DNA of 61,197 nucleotides, from contig JAPYQN010000007.1 of assembly GCA_029941465.1 (NCBI GenBank), positions 972 to 62,168 on the forward strand. Reading direction: 5' to 3'. The position numbers were made by a program, and so were the translations under genes. Positions 38,141 to 48,254 of this stretch are shown one piece after another. This DNA is from Gammaproteobacteria bacterium. GTDB lineage: Bacteria; Pseudomonadota; Gammaproteobacteria; Steroidobacterales; UBA11654. Every line of letters begins with the position of its first letter. Positions within the stretch are counted from its first letter, which is position 1. The notes beneath the pieces are model-generated. The model did not search any database and had not been told where the DNA came from. It was given only the letters and a program-made list of their open reading frames with translations.

Positions 38141-40594
38141 ATGAGTAAAAATAATTGGCAAATCTATAAGTTTGGTGGGAGTAGCCTTAATGATTCTGAT
38201 TGCATAAACAAAGTTTGCAATTTGATTAAGGGGAATTCCAGTGAAAATTTGATTGTGGTAGTTTCAGCTATGTCAGGGATGACAAATCAGCTGCTTGAAT
38301 ATTCACAGTCAAAAGACGAGTCTATTTTGCAGACTATATCTGATCGCTATTTACAAACTCTGAATGCAACACTTAAAGATGAATCATTTATTGAAAATGT
38401 TATTAATGAATTTAATCAAGATCTAGTGTCAATAAGAGAGAGAGCAAGCCTTGATTCAGGTGTAACTCTAAACATTGAGGATAATCAAATATTAGGTTAT
38501 GGAGAAATATGGTCATCAAGACTTATAAAAAGTGTTCTAAATCAGGCCTCTAGTGATCTAAGTGGCAGGGATTTACATCTAATCAATCCATTGGATGTTA
38601 TCACTATTTATCATACTGATATGGGTGCCAACATAGACTGGACAGAGTCAAAGAAATTATTTAATAAAGAATTCTCTGGTAAGCAGGGAATATTCATTAT
38701 GGGTGGGTTTTTGGCAAGAAAATCTGATTCCATTGCGACAAATTTAGGTAGAAATGGCAGTGATTATTCAGCCTCTATAATGGGTTCACTGGCTGAGGCA
38801 AAAGATGTTTCTATTTGGACAGATACAAATGGCATTATGACAGCCGATCCTAATCAGATTCAAACGGCAAAAACTATTAAGAAAATGTCTTACGATGAAG
38901 CAATAGAATTAGCATACTTTGGAGCTGAAGTAATACATGAAAAGACAATGCTACCATTGATGAATAAAGGCATACCTATTTATATTCGAAATACATTTAA
39001 TCCTGAGTCTAATGGAACCGAAATTTCATCGAAGATGAATGGTCTACAAAGTGTTAAAGGAATAACAACTATTGATAACATTACTTTGGTGAATATTGAA
39101 GGTTCTGGGATGATAGGTGTCCCAGGAACAGTAAAACGCTTATTTTCTTGTCTTAGTAATGCAGAAATATCTATCGTACTGATTACCCAAGCCAGTTCAG
39201 AACACTCTATTTGTTTTGCTATAGATGACAAGTATTCAGATCAAATTGAAAACGTTATTAAGGATGAATTTAGCAATGATTTTCAAAATGGAAATTTACA
39301 ACAACTCCAAATACAAAACAATTGCAGCATTATTGCTGTGGTTGGATCAGGAATGAGTGGAACCAAAGGAATTGCAACTCAATTTTTTAAAGCGATTACT
39401 CAATCAGAAGTTAATATAATGGCTATTGCACAAGGCTCTTCAGAAAAAAATATTTCAGTGGTGGTAAAAAAGGATGATCTAAGAAGAGCCGTAGAGTCTG
39501 TTCATAATGCTTTTTTTATAGGTAAGACTGACCTAATAATAGCTCTAGTGGGTTTTGGTAATGTCGGGCAAGAATTTTATCGACAAGTTCAAGCACAAAA
39601 AGAAATAATACTTAAAAATTTTAACGTTGAAATAAATTTTGTGGCAATTGTAAATTCATCTCAAATGATTCTGGATGAGCTTATCTCTGTTTCTGCGATA
39701 GCTTCATTAATTGCAAAAAATGAATCATGTCAAGCTTCTAACGTTGAGAGTACTATTGATTATCTAGCTACAACACCAGCAAATCTTAAAGTGTTGATCG
39801 ATTGTACAGCGAGTGATCATATCCCAGATCTTTATTCCTCATGTTTCGAATCGGGGATAAATGTTATTACGGCAAACAAGAAAGGTCTGAGCGGGCCATT
39901 GAGTCGTTACCAGGACATTATGAGATCTGCTATAGATAATAAACAAACTTTTTTATATGAAACTACTGCTGGTGCTGCTCTACCATTTATTAAGTCCGTA
40001 AAAGATTTAATAATATCTGGTGATCAAATTGAGGCAATAGAAGGGGTTTTTTCAGGGACACTGTCGTATTTATTTAATTCTTACAATGGGAGTGTGCCAT
40101 TCTCTAAAATAGTAACTGATGCAAGAAACCAGGGTTACACAGAACCTGATCCAAGAGATGATCTTTCTGGAATGGATGTTGCTAGGAAGCTTGTTATCCT
40201 AGCCAGAGAACTAGGACTCATGATTGAAGTCAATAATATTGAAATTGAGAACTTGGTCAACGAGGCCCATCGAGATCTCAGTATTGAGTCTTATTTGCAA
40301 GAAATCGTTAATGATGATGCTGCAATGGAAGATAAATTAAATCAGGCCATTAAAAATAATAAAGTACTGAGGTATGTGGCTCAATTGGATCATAATGGTA
40401 AAGCTAGTGTTAAATTGGATACATTAAATAATGATCATCCATTTTCAGAATTAGTAGGCACTGAAAACATAATTAAATTTAAAACAAAACGATACTCTGA
40501 TTACCCGTTGGTACATAAAGGTCCAGGAGCAGGACCTGAGGTAACAGCGTCAGGAATTTTTGGAGATTTATTTACTCTTTTCAATATTCATTAA
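38141..40594 (+). CDS. thrA: Bifunctional aspartokinase/homoserine dehydrogenase I
   Basis: KFGGSS, LGRNGSDYSA, two ACT domains, GFGNVG, TANKK, EPDPRDDLSG and GPGAG. Confidence 0.95.
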   Translation: MSKNNWQIYKFGGSSLNDSDCINKVCNLIKGNSSENLIVVVSAMSGMTNQLLEYSQSKDESILQTISDRYLQTLNATLKDESFIENVINEFNQDLVSIRERASLDSGVTLNIEDNQILGYGEIWSSRLIKSVLNQASSDLSGRDLHLINPLDVITIYHTDMGANIDWTESKKLFNKEFSGKQGIFIMGGFLARKSDSIATNLGRNGSDYSASIMGSLAEAKDVSIWTDTNGIMTADPNQIQTAKTIKKMSYDEAIELAYFGAEVIHEKTMLPLMNKGIPIYIRNTFNPESNGTEISSKMNGLQSVKGITTIDNITLVNIEGSGMIGVPGTVKRLFSCLSNAEISIVLITQASSEHSICFAIDDKYSDQIENVIKDEFSNDFQNGNLQQLQIQNNCSIIAVVGSGMSGTKGIATQFFKAITQSEVNIMAIAQGSSEKNISVVVKKDDLRRAVESVHNAFFIGKTDLIIALVGFGNVGQEFYRQVQAQKEIILKNFNVEINFVAIVNSSQMILDELISVSAIASLIAKNESCQASNVESTIDYLATTPANLKVLIDCTASDHIPDLYSSCFESGINVITANKKGLSGPLSRYQDIMRSAIDNKQTFLYETTAGAALPFIKSVKDLIISGDQIEAIEGVFSGTLSYLFNSYNGSVPFSKIVTDARNQGYTEPDPRDDLSGMDVARKLVILARELGLMIEVNNIEIENLVNEAHRDLSIESYLQEIVNDDAAMEDKLNQAIKNNKVLRYVAQLDHNGKASVKLDTLNNDHPFSELVGTENIIKFKTKRYSDYPLVHKGPGAGPEVTASGIFGDLFTLFNIH

Positions 40595-40615
40595 ATGATT
40601 TGAAATCAATAGTAA

Positions 40616-41917
40616 ATGAAATACATCAGCACAAAAGCAAATGATGCTATCACTATAGAGGAAGCTTTATTTAGTGGGACCTCAAAAGGTGGTGGGCTTT
40701 ACATGCCTGAGTCTATCCCTAAGATACAAGCTGAGGATTTTAAAAAATTCAATAATTTCCAAGAATTTTCATATCAGTTGTTATCCTATTTTTTTGTTGG
40801 ATCAACAATTGAAGATGATCTAGAGGGCATTGTTAATAACTCACTTAATTTTCCTGTTATTCATCGAGACATCAGTGAAGATCAGAGTCATTATTCTGTT
40901 CTCGAATTATTTCATGGCCCAACCGCTGCTTTTAAAGACTTTGGAGCAAGATTTCTAGCTTCATTAATGTCAACAATTTTAAGAAAAACCAATCGGTCCG
41001 ATTTATACACTATTCTTGTAGCAACCTCAGGAGACACAGGGGGAGCTGTGGCTTCAGCTTTTTATCAACGACCTGAATTCAGAGTTGCCGTCTTATTTCC
41101 TGAAGGTAGGGTTTCACCAAGACAACAACATCAACTCACCTGCTGGGGAAAGAATATTACTTCTCTTGCTGTCAAAGGAGAATTTGATGACTGTCAACGA
41201 CTTGTTAAAGAGGCATTCAATAACCCTGAACTTTCACTTAAGCATAATTTATGTTCAGCCAATAGCATTAATATAGGTCGTTTGTTACCTCAGACAACTT
41301 ATTATGCGTGGTCTAGCATTAAGTATCAAAAAACCACAGGGCTGCCATCTAGTTTTATAATTCCTACAGGAAATCTCGGCAATGCTTTTGCCTGTTTTAT
41401 AGCTAAAGAAATGGGGTTTCCAATAGATCGAATTATTTTTGCTACTAATGCCAATAAAACAATTCCTGATTTTTTAGCTACAAAAGAATGGTCTCCTAGA
41501 CCAACATTACCAACTTTAGCTTCAGCAATGGATGTTGGTAATCCAAGTAACATGGAGCGATTTTTTTATCAGTACCAAGACACTGACAAATTACTGTCTG
41601 TTCTTGAATCATTTTCAGTAGGTGACAATGAAATTAAGGATCAAATACGCTATCAATATGAGAAAAATCAAGTGGCAATATGCCCGCATACAGCCACTGC
41701 ATTTCATACCTATCGAAATTTACCAGCCTCGTATTTAGAGGGTTCTCATTGGACACTTGTGGCCACAGCACATCCTGCAAAGTTTGAGAACATTGTTGAA
41801 CCAATTATTAACGTAGAACTAGAAATACCAGAGAATCTTAAAACATTGATGGCTCTGGAGAGTTCAGCAAAACGTATAGAACCAAGGTTAGAACACTTAA
41901 CTTCCTATTTATCCTAA
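40616..41917 (+). CDS. thrC: Threonine synthase
   Basis: ELFHGPTAAFKDFG (PLP lysine), ATSGDTG, SANSINIGR and TAHPAKF. Confidence 0.96.
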   Translation: MKYISTKANDAITIEEALFSGTSKGGGLYMPESIPKIQAEDFKKFNNFQEFSYQLLSYFFVGSTIEDDLEGIVNNSLNFPVIHRDISEDQSHYSVLELFHGPTAAFKDFGARFLASLMSTILRKTNRSDLYTILVATSGDTGGAVASAFYQRPEFRVAVLFPEGRVSPRQQHQLTCWGKNITSLAVKGEFDDCQRLVKEAFNNPELSLKHNLCSANSINIGRLLPQTTYYAWSSIKYQKTTGLPSSFIIPTGNLGNAFACFIAKEMGFPIDRIIFATNANKTIPDFLATKEWSPRPTLPTLASAMDVGNPSNMERFFYQYQDTDKLLSVLESFSVGDNEIKDQIRYQYEKNQVAICPHTATAFHTYRNLPASYLEGSHWTLVATAHPAKFENIVEPIINVELEIPENLKTLMALESSAKRIEPRLEHLTSYLS

Positions 41918-42706
41918 TCGATCAAAAAGGTTTTTTGAGTTTTCTAGTGTTATTGCGGAAAGCTCAGAAATATTAGTTTGCATTTGTATGGCTAATTCAT
42001 TGGCAATCTCACCAAGAAATTGTGGTTCATTTCGTCTGGTCTTTAATTGTTTTGCTAATAATCTTGGCATCAGATAAGGAGCATCGGTTTCAATCAATAG
42101 ACGGTCTTTTGGTAAGTACTTAATAGCATCCAGCAGGTCCATGTTTCGACGAGAATCACAAACCCATCCAGTTATGCCAATATATAACCCTGCATCAAGG
42201 TAGCTTTTTAATTGCTCTTTAGTTCCTGTAAAACAATGTGCCACTCCTTTAACTGGATGAGTACAATGCTCCTTTAGCATGGACAGAAAATCATCATGAG
42301 CGTCTCTTTGATGAAGAAATAAGGGAAGCTGTAGTTCAACTGACAATATTAGTTGTTTTTCAAATACAATCTTTTGCGCCTCCTTAGATGAGAAGTTTCT
42401 AAAATAATCAAGACCACACTCGCCCAATGCAATGACTTCATTTTGATGCAGTAATTTACTTAAGTCTTGTTCAAAAGACTTGTCTGTGAGTTCAGCATTG
42501 TGGGGGTGTATCCCAGCTGTTGCCCAAAGTTTTCCTGGGTATTGTTTAGCTAAAGAGATCGCTTTTTTTGTGTCCTTGATCGAACTGGATGTAACAATAA
42601 TTGCTTCTAATCCTTTATCAAAAGCATTCTCAATGACTGTTTCTCTATCATGATCAAAACTTTGATCAGTCAAGTTTGCACCAATGTCTATGAATGGATC
42701 TGCCAT
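41909..42706 (-). CDS. tatD: TatD family nuclease
   Basis: DIGANL, GIHPH, GECGLD, HCFTG, ETDAPY and RNEP. Confidence 0.94.
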   Translation of the reverse strand: MADPFIDIGANLTDQSFDHDRETVIENAFDKGLEAIIVTSSSIKDTKKAISLAKQYPGKLWATAGIHPHNAELTDKSFEQDLSKLLHQNEVIALGECGLDYFRNFSSKEAQKIVFEKQLILSVELQLPLFLHQRDAHDDFLSMLKEHCTHPVKGVAHCFTGTKEQLKSYLDAGLYIGITGWVCDSRRNMDLLDAIKYLPKDRLLIETDAPYLMPRLLAKQLKTRRNEPQFLGEIANELAIQMQTNISELSAITLENSKNLFDRLG

Positions 42707-43005
42707 AAGCTGTTTCTCAATATGTCTTTATTCTATCTTGTTACAATACAAAACAAATAATACACTGATGCTAATTTTTCTAAAAAAAATAACAATAATT
42801 ACTTTTGTAATGTTATAAATGTTAAAAGAAAAATTGAGGGGTATATCATTTCATTTGAACTTATAACTGTGACGATTGTTTGGCTTATTTCCTTCTTTAT
42901 ACTACCCAGCTTAGAAGATCAAAAAAAAGTGAACTTGGTTCAAAGACTAAACTTTGGAACTATTAACGCTATTCTGGTGCTGTTGTTATTCTTTAGTTTA
43001 AAGAG

Positions 43006-45615
43006 TTAATTAGCAATCAGTCGTCTTATAACGTATTGAAGTATTCCTCCGTTTTGGAAGTATTCCCATTCTTTAGGTGTGTCGATCCTTATAGTTACCT
43101 GGAAGGTTGTTGAATCCTTTCCATTAGTCATCATGATCATATCTGTTGTCTTATCTCCCGATTTAATTTCTTTAAGTGTAAAGGACTCAAAACCTTTTAT
43201 ACCAAGTGAATCAGCATTTTGATTGGCTATGAATTCTAGTGGAAGGACACCCATTCCAATTAAATTTGAGCGGTGTATTCTTTCATAAGATTCAGCAATA
43301 ACCGCTTTAACACCTAGTAGTGAAACCCCTTTAGCTGCCCAATCTCTAGATGAACCTGTTCCATATTCTTTGCCCGCTATAATCAATAAATCCGTGTTAT
43401 CAACCTTATATTGCTCCGCAGCTTCATAGATTGACATAGGTTCTTCATCTTGACTTATCTTAGTCCAACCGCCTTCGGTTCCGGGAGCAAGTCTGTTTCT
43501 TAATCTTATGTTTGCAAAAGTTCCTCTCATCATAACTTCATGATTACCTCTTCGTGACCCATAAGAATTAAAAGCTGTTCTCTTAACTCCGTGTTCAAGA
43601 AGATATTTTCCAGCAGGCGATTCAGGATCTATATTTCCTGCAGGAGATATATGATCAGTCGTAACGGAATCTCCCAATAGGACTAAAAGACGAGCGTTTT
43701 TGATTGAACTCATTTCAGGGATATCAAGGGTCATAGAGTCAAAATAGGGTGGTTTTTTTATATAGGTTGAATTGTCTTGCCATTCATATATTTCCCCACT
43801 AGGTATATCGAGTTGTTGCCATGCTTGATCACCTTTTAATGATTCTCGGTAAGCTTCTATGAACATTTGAGGAGTAATTGTTGTTTCAATGAGATTATAT
43901 ATTTCTTCTTTTGATGGCCAGATATCTTTAAGAAATACTTCTTCACCAGTCTTTGAAATTCCAAGCGGTTCTGTTTCTAGATTTATTAACATTGAACCGG
44001 CAATAGCATAAGCTACAACAAGGGGTGGAGAAGCTAGGAAGTTATGTTTTACCAGCGGATGAATTCTACCCTCAAAGTTCCTATTACCTGATAAGACTGA
44101 AGAAGCTATTAGTTTCTTATCTATCACAGTTTTTGCTATTTTTGGTTCCAAAGGGCCTGAATTCCCAATACAAGTTGTGCATCCATAACCCACAATGTTA
44201 AAGCCCAGACTCTCAAGGTCCTTGAGTAGGCCTGTGTCTTCTAGATATTTAGTAACCACCTTAGAACCTGGAGCTAGACTTGTTTTGACCCAAGATTTTG
44301 ATTCCAGACCTTTGGCCTTAGCATTTCTGGCTAAAAGACCAGCTGCAATCATAACCGCAGGGTTAGAGGTGTTCGTGCAGCTAGTAATTGCTGCAATCAA
44401 AACTGAACCGTTTGAGAGTTCTTCAGGTGAACAGTCAGCTTCTTTAATTTCATTACTTACAACTTCAGGAACTTGACTCAAAACAATCCGATCTTGAGGT
44501 CTTTTAGGTCCAGCTAAACAAGGCTCAACTTTTGTTAAATCTAACTCAATGACATCTGTATAGACAGCTTCTTTTCCTTCTTCTCGCCAAAGGCCTTGTG
44601 CCTTTGCATAATGTTCTACAAGATTAACTTGTGCTTCATCTCGACCAGATAATTTAAGATAACGAATGGTCTCATTATCAATAGGGAATATTGCACAGGT
44701 GCTGCCAAACTCTGGTGCCATATTGCTTAAAGTGGATCGATCTGACACTGGTAGATTATTCAGCCCGTCACCAAAGAATTCAACGAATTTGCCTACTACT
44801 CCATAATTACGCATCATTTCAGTGACTGTTAGGACAAGATCAGTGGCTGTTACACCTTCTCTAAGTTGTCCTGAAACACGGATACCAATAACCTCTGGGA
44901 GAAGCATTGTAATTGGTTGGCCTAGCATCGAAGCTTCTGCTTCAATACCGCCCACACCCCAACCAAGACATCCAATACCATTAATCATTGTTGTGTGAGA
45001 ATCTGTTCCTACAAGAGTGTCAGGGTAAGCAATCAATCCATTTTGACCATCATTTGAAAAGACCACACGACCTAAATATTCAAGATTAACTTGATGAACA
45101 ATTCCTGTATTGGGCGGTATAACCTCAAAATTAGAAAAAGCTTCTTGCCCCCACCGAAGGAATCGGTAACGCTCCTCATTTCTTTCAAATTCAATAGTAT
45201 TATTCTTTATCAATGCTTCTTCTGAGCCAAAATGATCAACTTGAACAGAATGATCGATTACCAACTCAGCAGGAGAAAGGGGGTTTATTTGAGAAGCATC
45301 ACCTTTCATTTTGGCAACGGCGTCTCTCATAGCTGCTAAATCAACCACCGCGGGAACACCAGTAAAGTCTTGTAAAATGACTCGACTGGGAGTAAATGAT
45401 ATTTCTGTAGTATTGCCTGATTTGGCATCCCAATTAAGTATTGTTTGAATATCTTGTTCTCTACTGGGGTCTTCCTGAGTATGTCTAACTGCATTTTCTA
45501 AAAGAATTTTATGTGAGAAAGGAATACTGTCTAAAGATGAAGCACCCAATAAATTCAGATCAAAATATTGATACTCCTTAGGACCTATTTTTAATGATTT
45601 AATGTATTGTGACAT
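43006..45615 (-). CDS. acnA: Aconitate hydratase A
   Basis: QDFTGVPAVVDLAAMRD, DSHTTM, AITSCTNTSNP, GYGCTTCIGNSG and GSSRDWAAKG. Confidence 0.97.
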   Translation of the reverse strand: MSQYIKSLKIGPKEYQYFDLNLLGASSLDSIPFSHKILLENAVRHTQEDPSREQDIQTILNWDAKSGNTTEISFTPSRVILQDFTGVPAVVDLAAMRDAVAKMKGDASQINPLSPAELVIDHSVQVDHFGSEEALIKNNTIEFERNEERYRFLRWGQEAFSNFEVIPPNTGIVHQVNLEYLGRVVFSNDGQNGLIAYPDTLVGTDSHTTMINGIGCLGWGVGGIEAEASMLGQPITMLLPEVIGIRVSGQLREGVTATDLVLTVTEMMRNYGVVGKFVEFFGDGLNNLPVSDRSTLSNMAPEFGSTCAIFPIDNETIRYLKLSGRDEAQVNLVEHYAKAQGLWREEGKEAVYTDVIELDLTKVEPCLAGPKRPQDRIVLSQVPEVVSNEIKEADCSPEELSNGSVLIAAITSCTNTSNPAVMIAAGLLARNAKAKGLESKSWVKTSLAPGSKVVTKYLEDTGLLKDLESLGFNIVGYGCTTCIGNSGPLEPKIAKTVIDKKLIASSVLSGNRNFEGRIHPLVKHNFLASPPLVVAYAIAGSMLINLETEPLGISKTGEEVFLKDIWPSKEEIYNLIETTITPQMFIEAYRESLKGDQAWQQLDIPSGEIYEWQDNSTYIKKPPYFDSMTLDIPEMSSIKNARLLVLLGDSVTTDHISPAGNIDPESPAGKYLLEHGVKRTAFNSYGSRRGNHEVMMRGTFANIRLRNRLAPGTEGGWTKISQDEEPMSIYEAAEQYKVDNTDLLIIAGKEYGTGSSRDWAAKGVSLLGVKAVIAESYERIHRSNLIGMGVLPLEFIANQNADSLGIKGFESFTLKEIKSGDKTTDMIMMTNGKDSTTFQVTIRIDTPKEWEYFQNGGILQYVIRRLIAN

Positions 45616-45653
45616 TAGATATTCTTAATTTGAGCTAGATTGTATACGAATCT

Positions 45654-46763
45654 TCAGTTTTTGTCTTCTTTAGGTATGGCCATAATCTTGCCACCACCCA
45701 AACATTTTTCATCTTTGTATAGGACGACATATTGACCTTCTGTTACAGCCCACTGTCTATCTTTAAACTCAATCATTAGACCATTTCTAAACGTTTGAAT
45801 AGAACATTTAGCATCATTTTGGCGGTACCTATTTTTTGCTTCACAATGTATTTCTTCTCCATTTGATAAGAGAGTAGGGACCTTTGGATCCAACCAGTTA
45901 AGAGCTATAGCAAAGAGTTTTTTAGTCCACAACCTTGGGTGTTTATGGCCTTGAACAACGATTAGCTCATTAGTTTTTATATTTTTTTCTGCAACATACC
46001 ATGGTTTTCCAGAATTATTTTTTATACCACCAATGCCAATGTCTTTTCTTTGCCCTATAGTAAAATACATTAAGCCATCGTGCTTACCTAAGGTTTCCCC
46101 TTGTTCATCAACAATCTTTCCTGGGTCTGGAGGTAGAAAATTTTGTATAAAGCTTTTAAATGGCCTCTCACCTATAAAACAAATACCTGTGCTGTCGGCT
46201 TTATTGTGATTTGGTAACCCTTTTTTATAGGCATAGTCTCTAACTTCAGATTTGATCATATCACCCACAGGAAAGATAACTTTTGAAAGAACATCGGGGT
46301 TAATGGCATGTAAGAAATAAGTTTGATCTTTGTTTACATCAGTTCCTTTGTGCAGTTCATAGCCATGTTTTGTTTTAATCACTTTGGCATAATGTCCAGT
46401 GGCAATTCTTTCCCCGCCTAAACGAAAAGCATATTCGGCAAATCGATCAAACTTGATCATACGATTACATAAAATATCTGGATTAGGGGTAAGTCCAGAA
46501 TTTAATTCTTCTAAAGCCTTATCAAAAACTTCTTTTCTGTATTCTTTAGAGAAGTTCACGTGATGCATAGTGATACCTAGTTCATTACAGGCTTCTCTAG
46601 CATCTTGGTGATCTTGTGCTGCGGTGCAATAGGGGTCTTCATCATTCCAATTAGTCATATGTAAACCCTCAACTTCAAATCCTTGTTCTAAAAGTAGTGA
46701 AGCAGTCACGGCTGAATCAACACCCCCTGACATGCCGACTATAATTAATTCTTTTTTATTCAT
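45654..46763 (-). CDS. mnmA: tRNA 2-thiouridylase
   Basis: GMSGGVDS, TPNPDILCN, ATGHY, KDQTYFL and DSTGICFIG. Confidence 0.97.
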   Translation of the reverse strand: MNKKELIIVGMSGGVDSAVTASLLLEQGFEVEGLHMTNWNDEDPYCTAAQDHQDAREACNELGITMHHVNFSKEYRKEVFDKALEELNSGLTPNPDILCNRMIKFDRFAEYAFRLGGERIATGHYAKVIKTKHGYELHKGTDVNKDQTYFLHAINPDVLSKVIFPVGDMIKSEVRDYAYKKGLPNHNKADSTGICFIGERPFKSFIQNFLPPDPGKIVDEQGETLGKHDGLMYFTIGQRKDIGIGGIKNNSGKPWYVAEKNIKTNELIVVQGHKHPRLWTKKLFAIALNWLDPKVPTLLSNGEEIHCEAKNRYRQNDAKCSIQTFRNGLMIEFKDRQWAVTEGQYVVLYKDEKCLGGGKIMAIPKEDKN

Positions 46764-46794
46764 AGGAGACTGAATAGACAGAGATAGATAGAGG

Positions 46795-48159
46795 TTAGAT
46801 TTCTTTGGCTAATTTTGAAGCAAGTCCAGTATAGTTTTGAGGTGAAAGTTCTTTCAGTTCGTTTTTTACAGATTCATCAATCTTTAGAGAATCAATGAAT
46901 GAAATTAATTTATCTTTATCTAAAGTTCTTCCTCGAGTTAGTTCTTTTAAATGTTCATAGGCATCTTCAACTTGTTCACGCCTCAGTATGGTTTGAATAG
47001 CTTCAGCTAAAATTTCCTGATTTGACTCCAAATCATTATTTATTACATCTTTATTAATTTTAATTTTATCCAACCCTTTCATCAGTGATTGATTAGCAAT
47101 GGTCATATAAGCAAATGCAGACCCTATATTTCTTAGTGCGGTTGAATCGCTAAGATCTCTTTGAAGTCTCGATATAACTAATTTAGAAGCAAGGTGGTCT
47201 AAAATTGAGTTTGCCAGACCGATATTACCCTCAGCATTTTCAAAATCGATAGGATTTACTTTATGGGGCATAGTCGAAGATCCTACTTCTGATGATTTTA
47301 TAGTTTGTTTAAAGTAACCCAGAGAAATATACATCCAAATATCTTTGCTCAGATCTAGACAAATATTATTGATTCTAATCAGAGAATGAAACAGTTCTGC
47401 CATCCAGTCATGAGGTTCAATTTGAGTTGTGTAGGGGTTATTAGTTAGTCCTATACTTTTGATAAATGTTTCACTTAAATCAGCCCAGTTAATATCAGGA
47501 TAAGCAATTTTATGAGCATTAAAATTCCCTACTGCACCGTTCATTTTTGCTCGATATTCAATGGCTTCCAGAGTGTTTATTTGTTGATTGAGACGATACA
47601 CAAAATTTGCAAATTCTTTACCCATCGTTGTAGGGGTAGCAGCTTGTCCATGTGTTCGAGATAACATAGTATCGTCTGCCCAATGATGTGACTGCTTTCT
47701 TAAAGTATCAATAAGGAGATTTAATTCCTTTATCTGTAATGCAGTTGCCTCCTTGAGCATCAGCGCATAGGAAATATTATTAATATCTTCTGATGTGCAT
47801 GCAAAATGGATGAAAGGAATTAAATCATTACCATCTGGTAGATTTTTAATTTTTTCTTGGAGAAAATATTCTACTGCCTTAACGTCATGATTTGTTTCTT
47901 TTTCAATAGACTTAATTCTTTTAGCGTCTTCAATAGAAAACTGACTAATAATATCTTCCAGAAGATTTTTTAGGTCTTTAGATAATCTCGGGACTTGATT
48001 TAGGTCTTTATTTTGAGATAGAAATATTAACCATTTTATTTCAGTTAAGACACGGTAGCGCATGATTGCAGACTCACTAAAGTATTGCCTTAAGTGAGAG
48101 CTTTTCTCCAAATATCTACCATCAAGAGGAGAAATGGCTTGTAGCTGATCTTCGTTCAT
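46795..48159 (-). CDS. purB: Adenylosuccinate lyase
   Basis: SPLDGRY, TNHDVKAVEY, RTHGQ and GSSTMPHKVNPIDFEN. Start at 48159 follows RBS GAGGTGG. Confidence 0.97.
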   Translation of the reverse strand: MNEDQLQAISPLDGRYLEKSSHLRQYFSESAIMRYRVLTEIKWLIFLSQNKDLNQVPRLSKDLKNLLEDIISQFSIEDAKRIKSIEKETNHDVKAVEYFLQEKIKNLPDGNDLIPFIHFACTSEDINNISYALMLKEATALQIKELNLLIDTLRKQSHHWADDTMLSRTHGQAATPTTMGKEFANFVYRLNQQINTLEAIEYRAKMNGAVGNFNAHKIAYPDINWADLSETFIKSIGLTNNPYTTQIEPHDWMAELFHSLIRINNICLDLSKDIWMYISLGYFKQTIKSSEVGSSTMPHKVNPIDFENAEGNIGLANSILDHLASKLVISRLQRDLSDSTALRNIGSAFAYMTIANQSLMKGLDKIKINKDVINNDLESNQEILAEAIQTILRREQVEDAYEHLKELTRGRTLDKDKLISFIDSLKIDESVKNELKELSPQNYTGLASKLAKEI

Positions 48160-48254
48160 TTCAACCACCTCTATCATCAAAATTGAATGATACACGAAAG
48201 TTTCTTCTGTGACTGCTATTCTCTATGTATTATGATATGGATAAGGAGTTAATT

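Noticed and set aside
46764-46794. Purine/pyrimidine-skewed AGAT-like stretch between purB and mnmA
   Set aside because: Only 31 nt with 2-3 imperfect units, too short to support a repeat or regulatory call.
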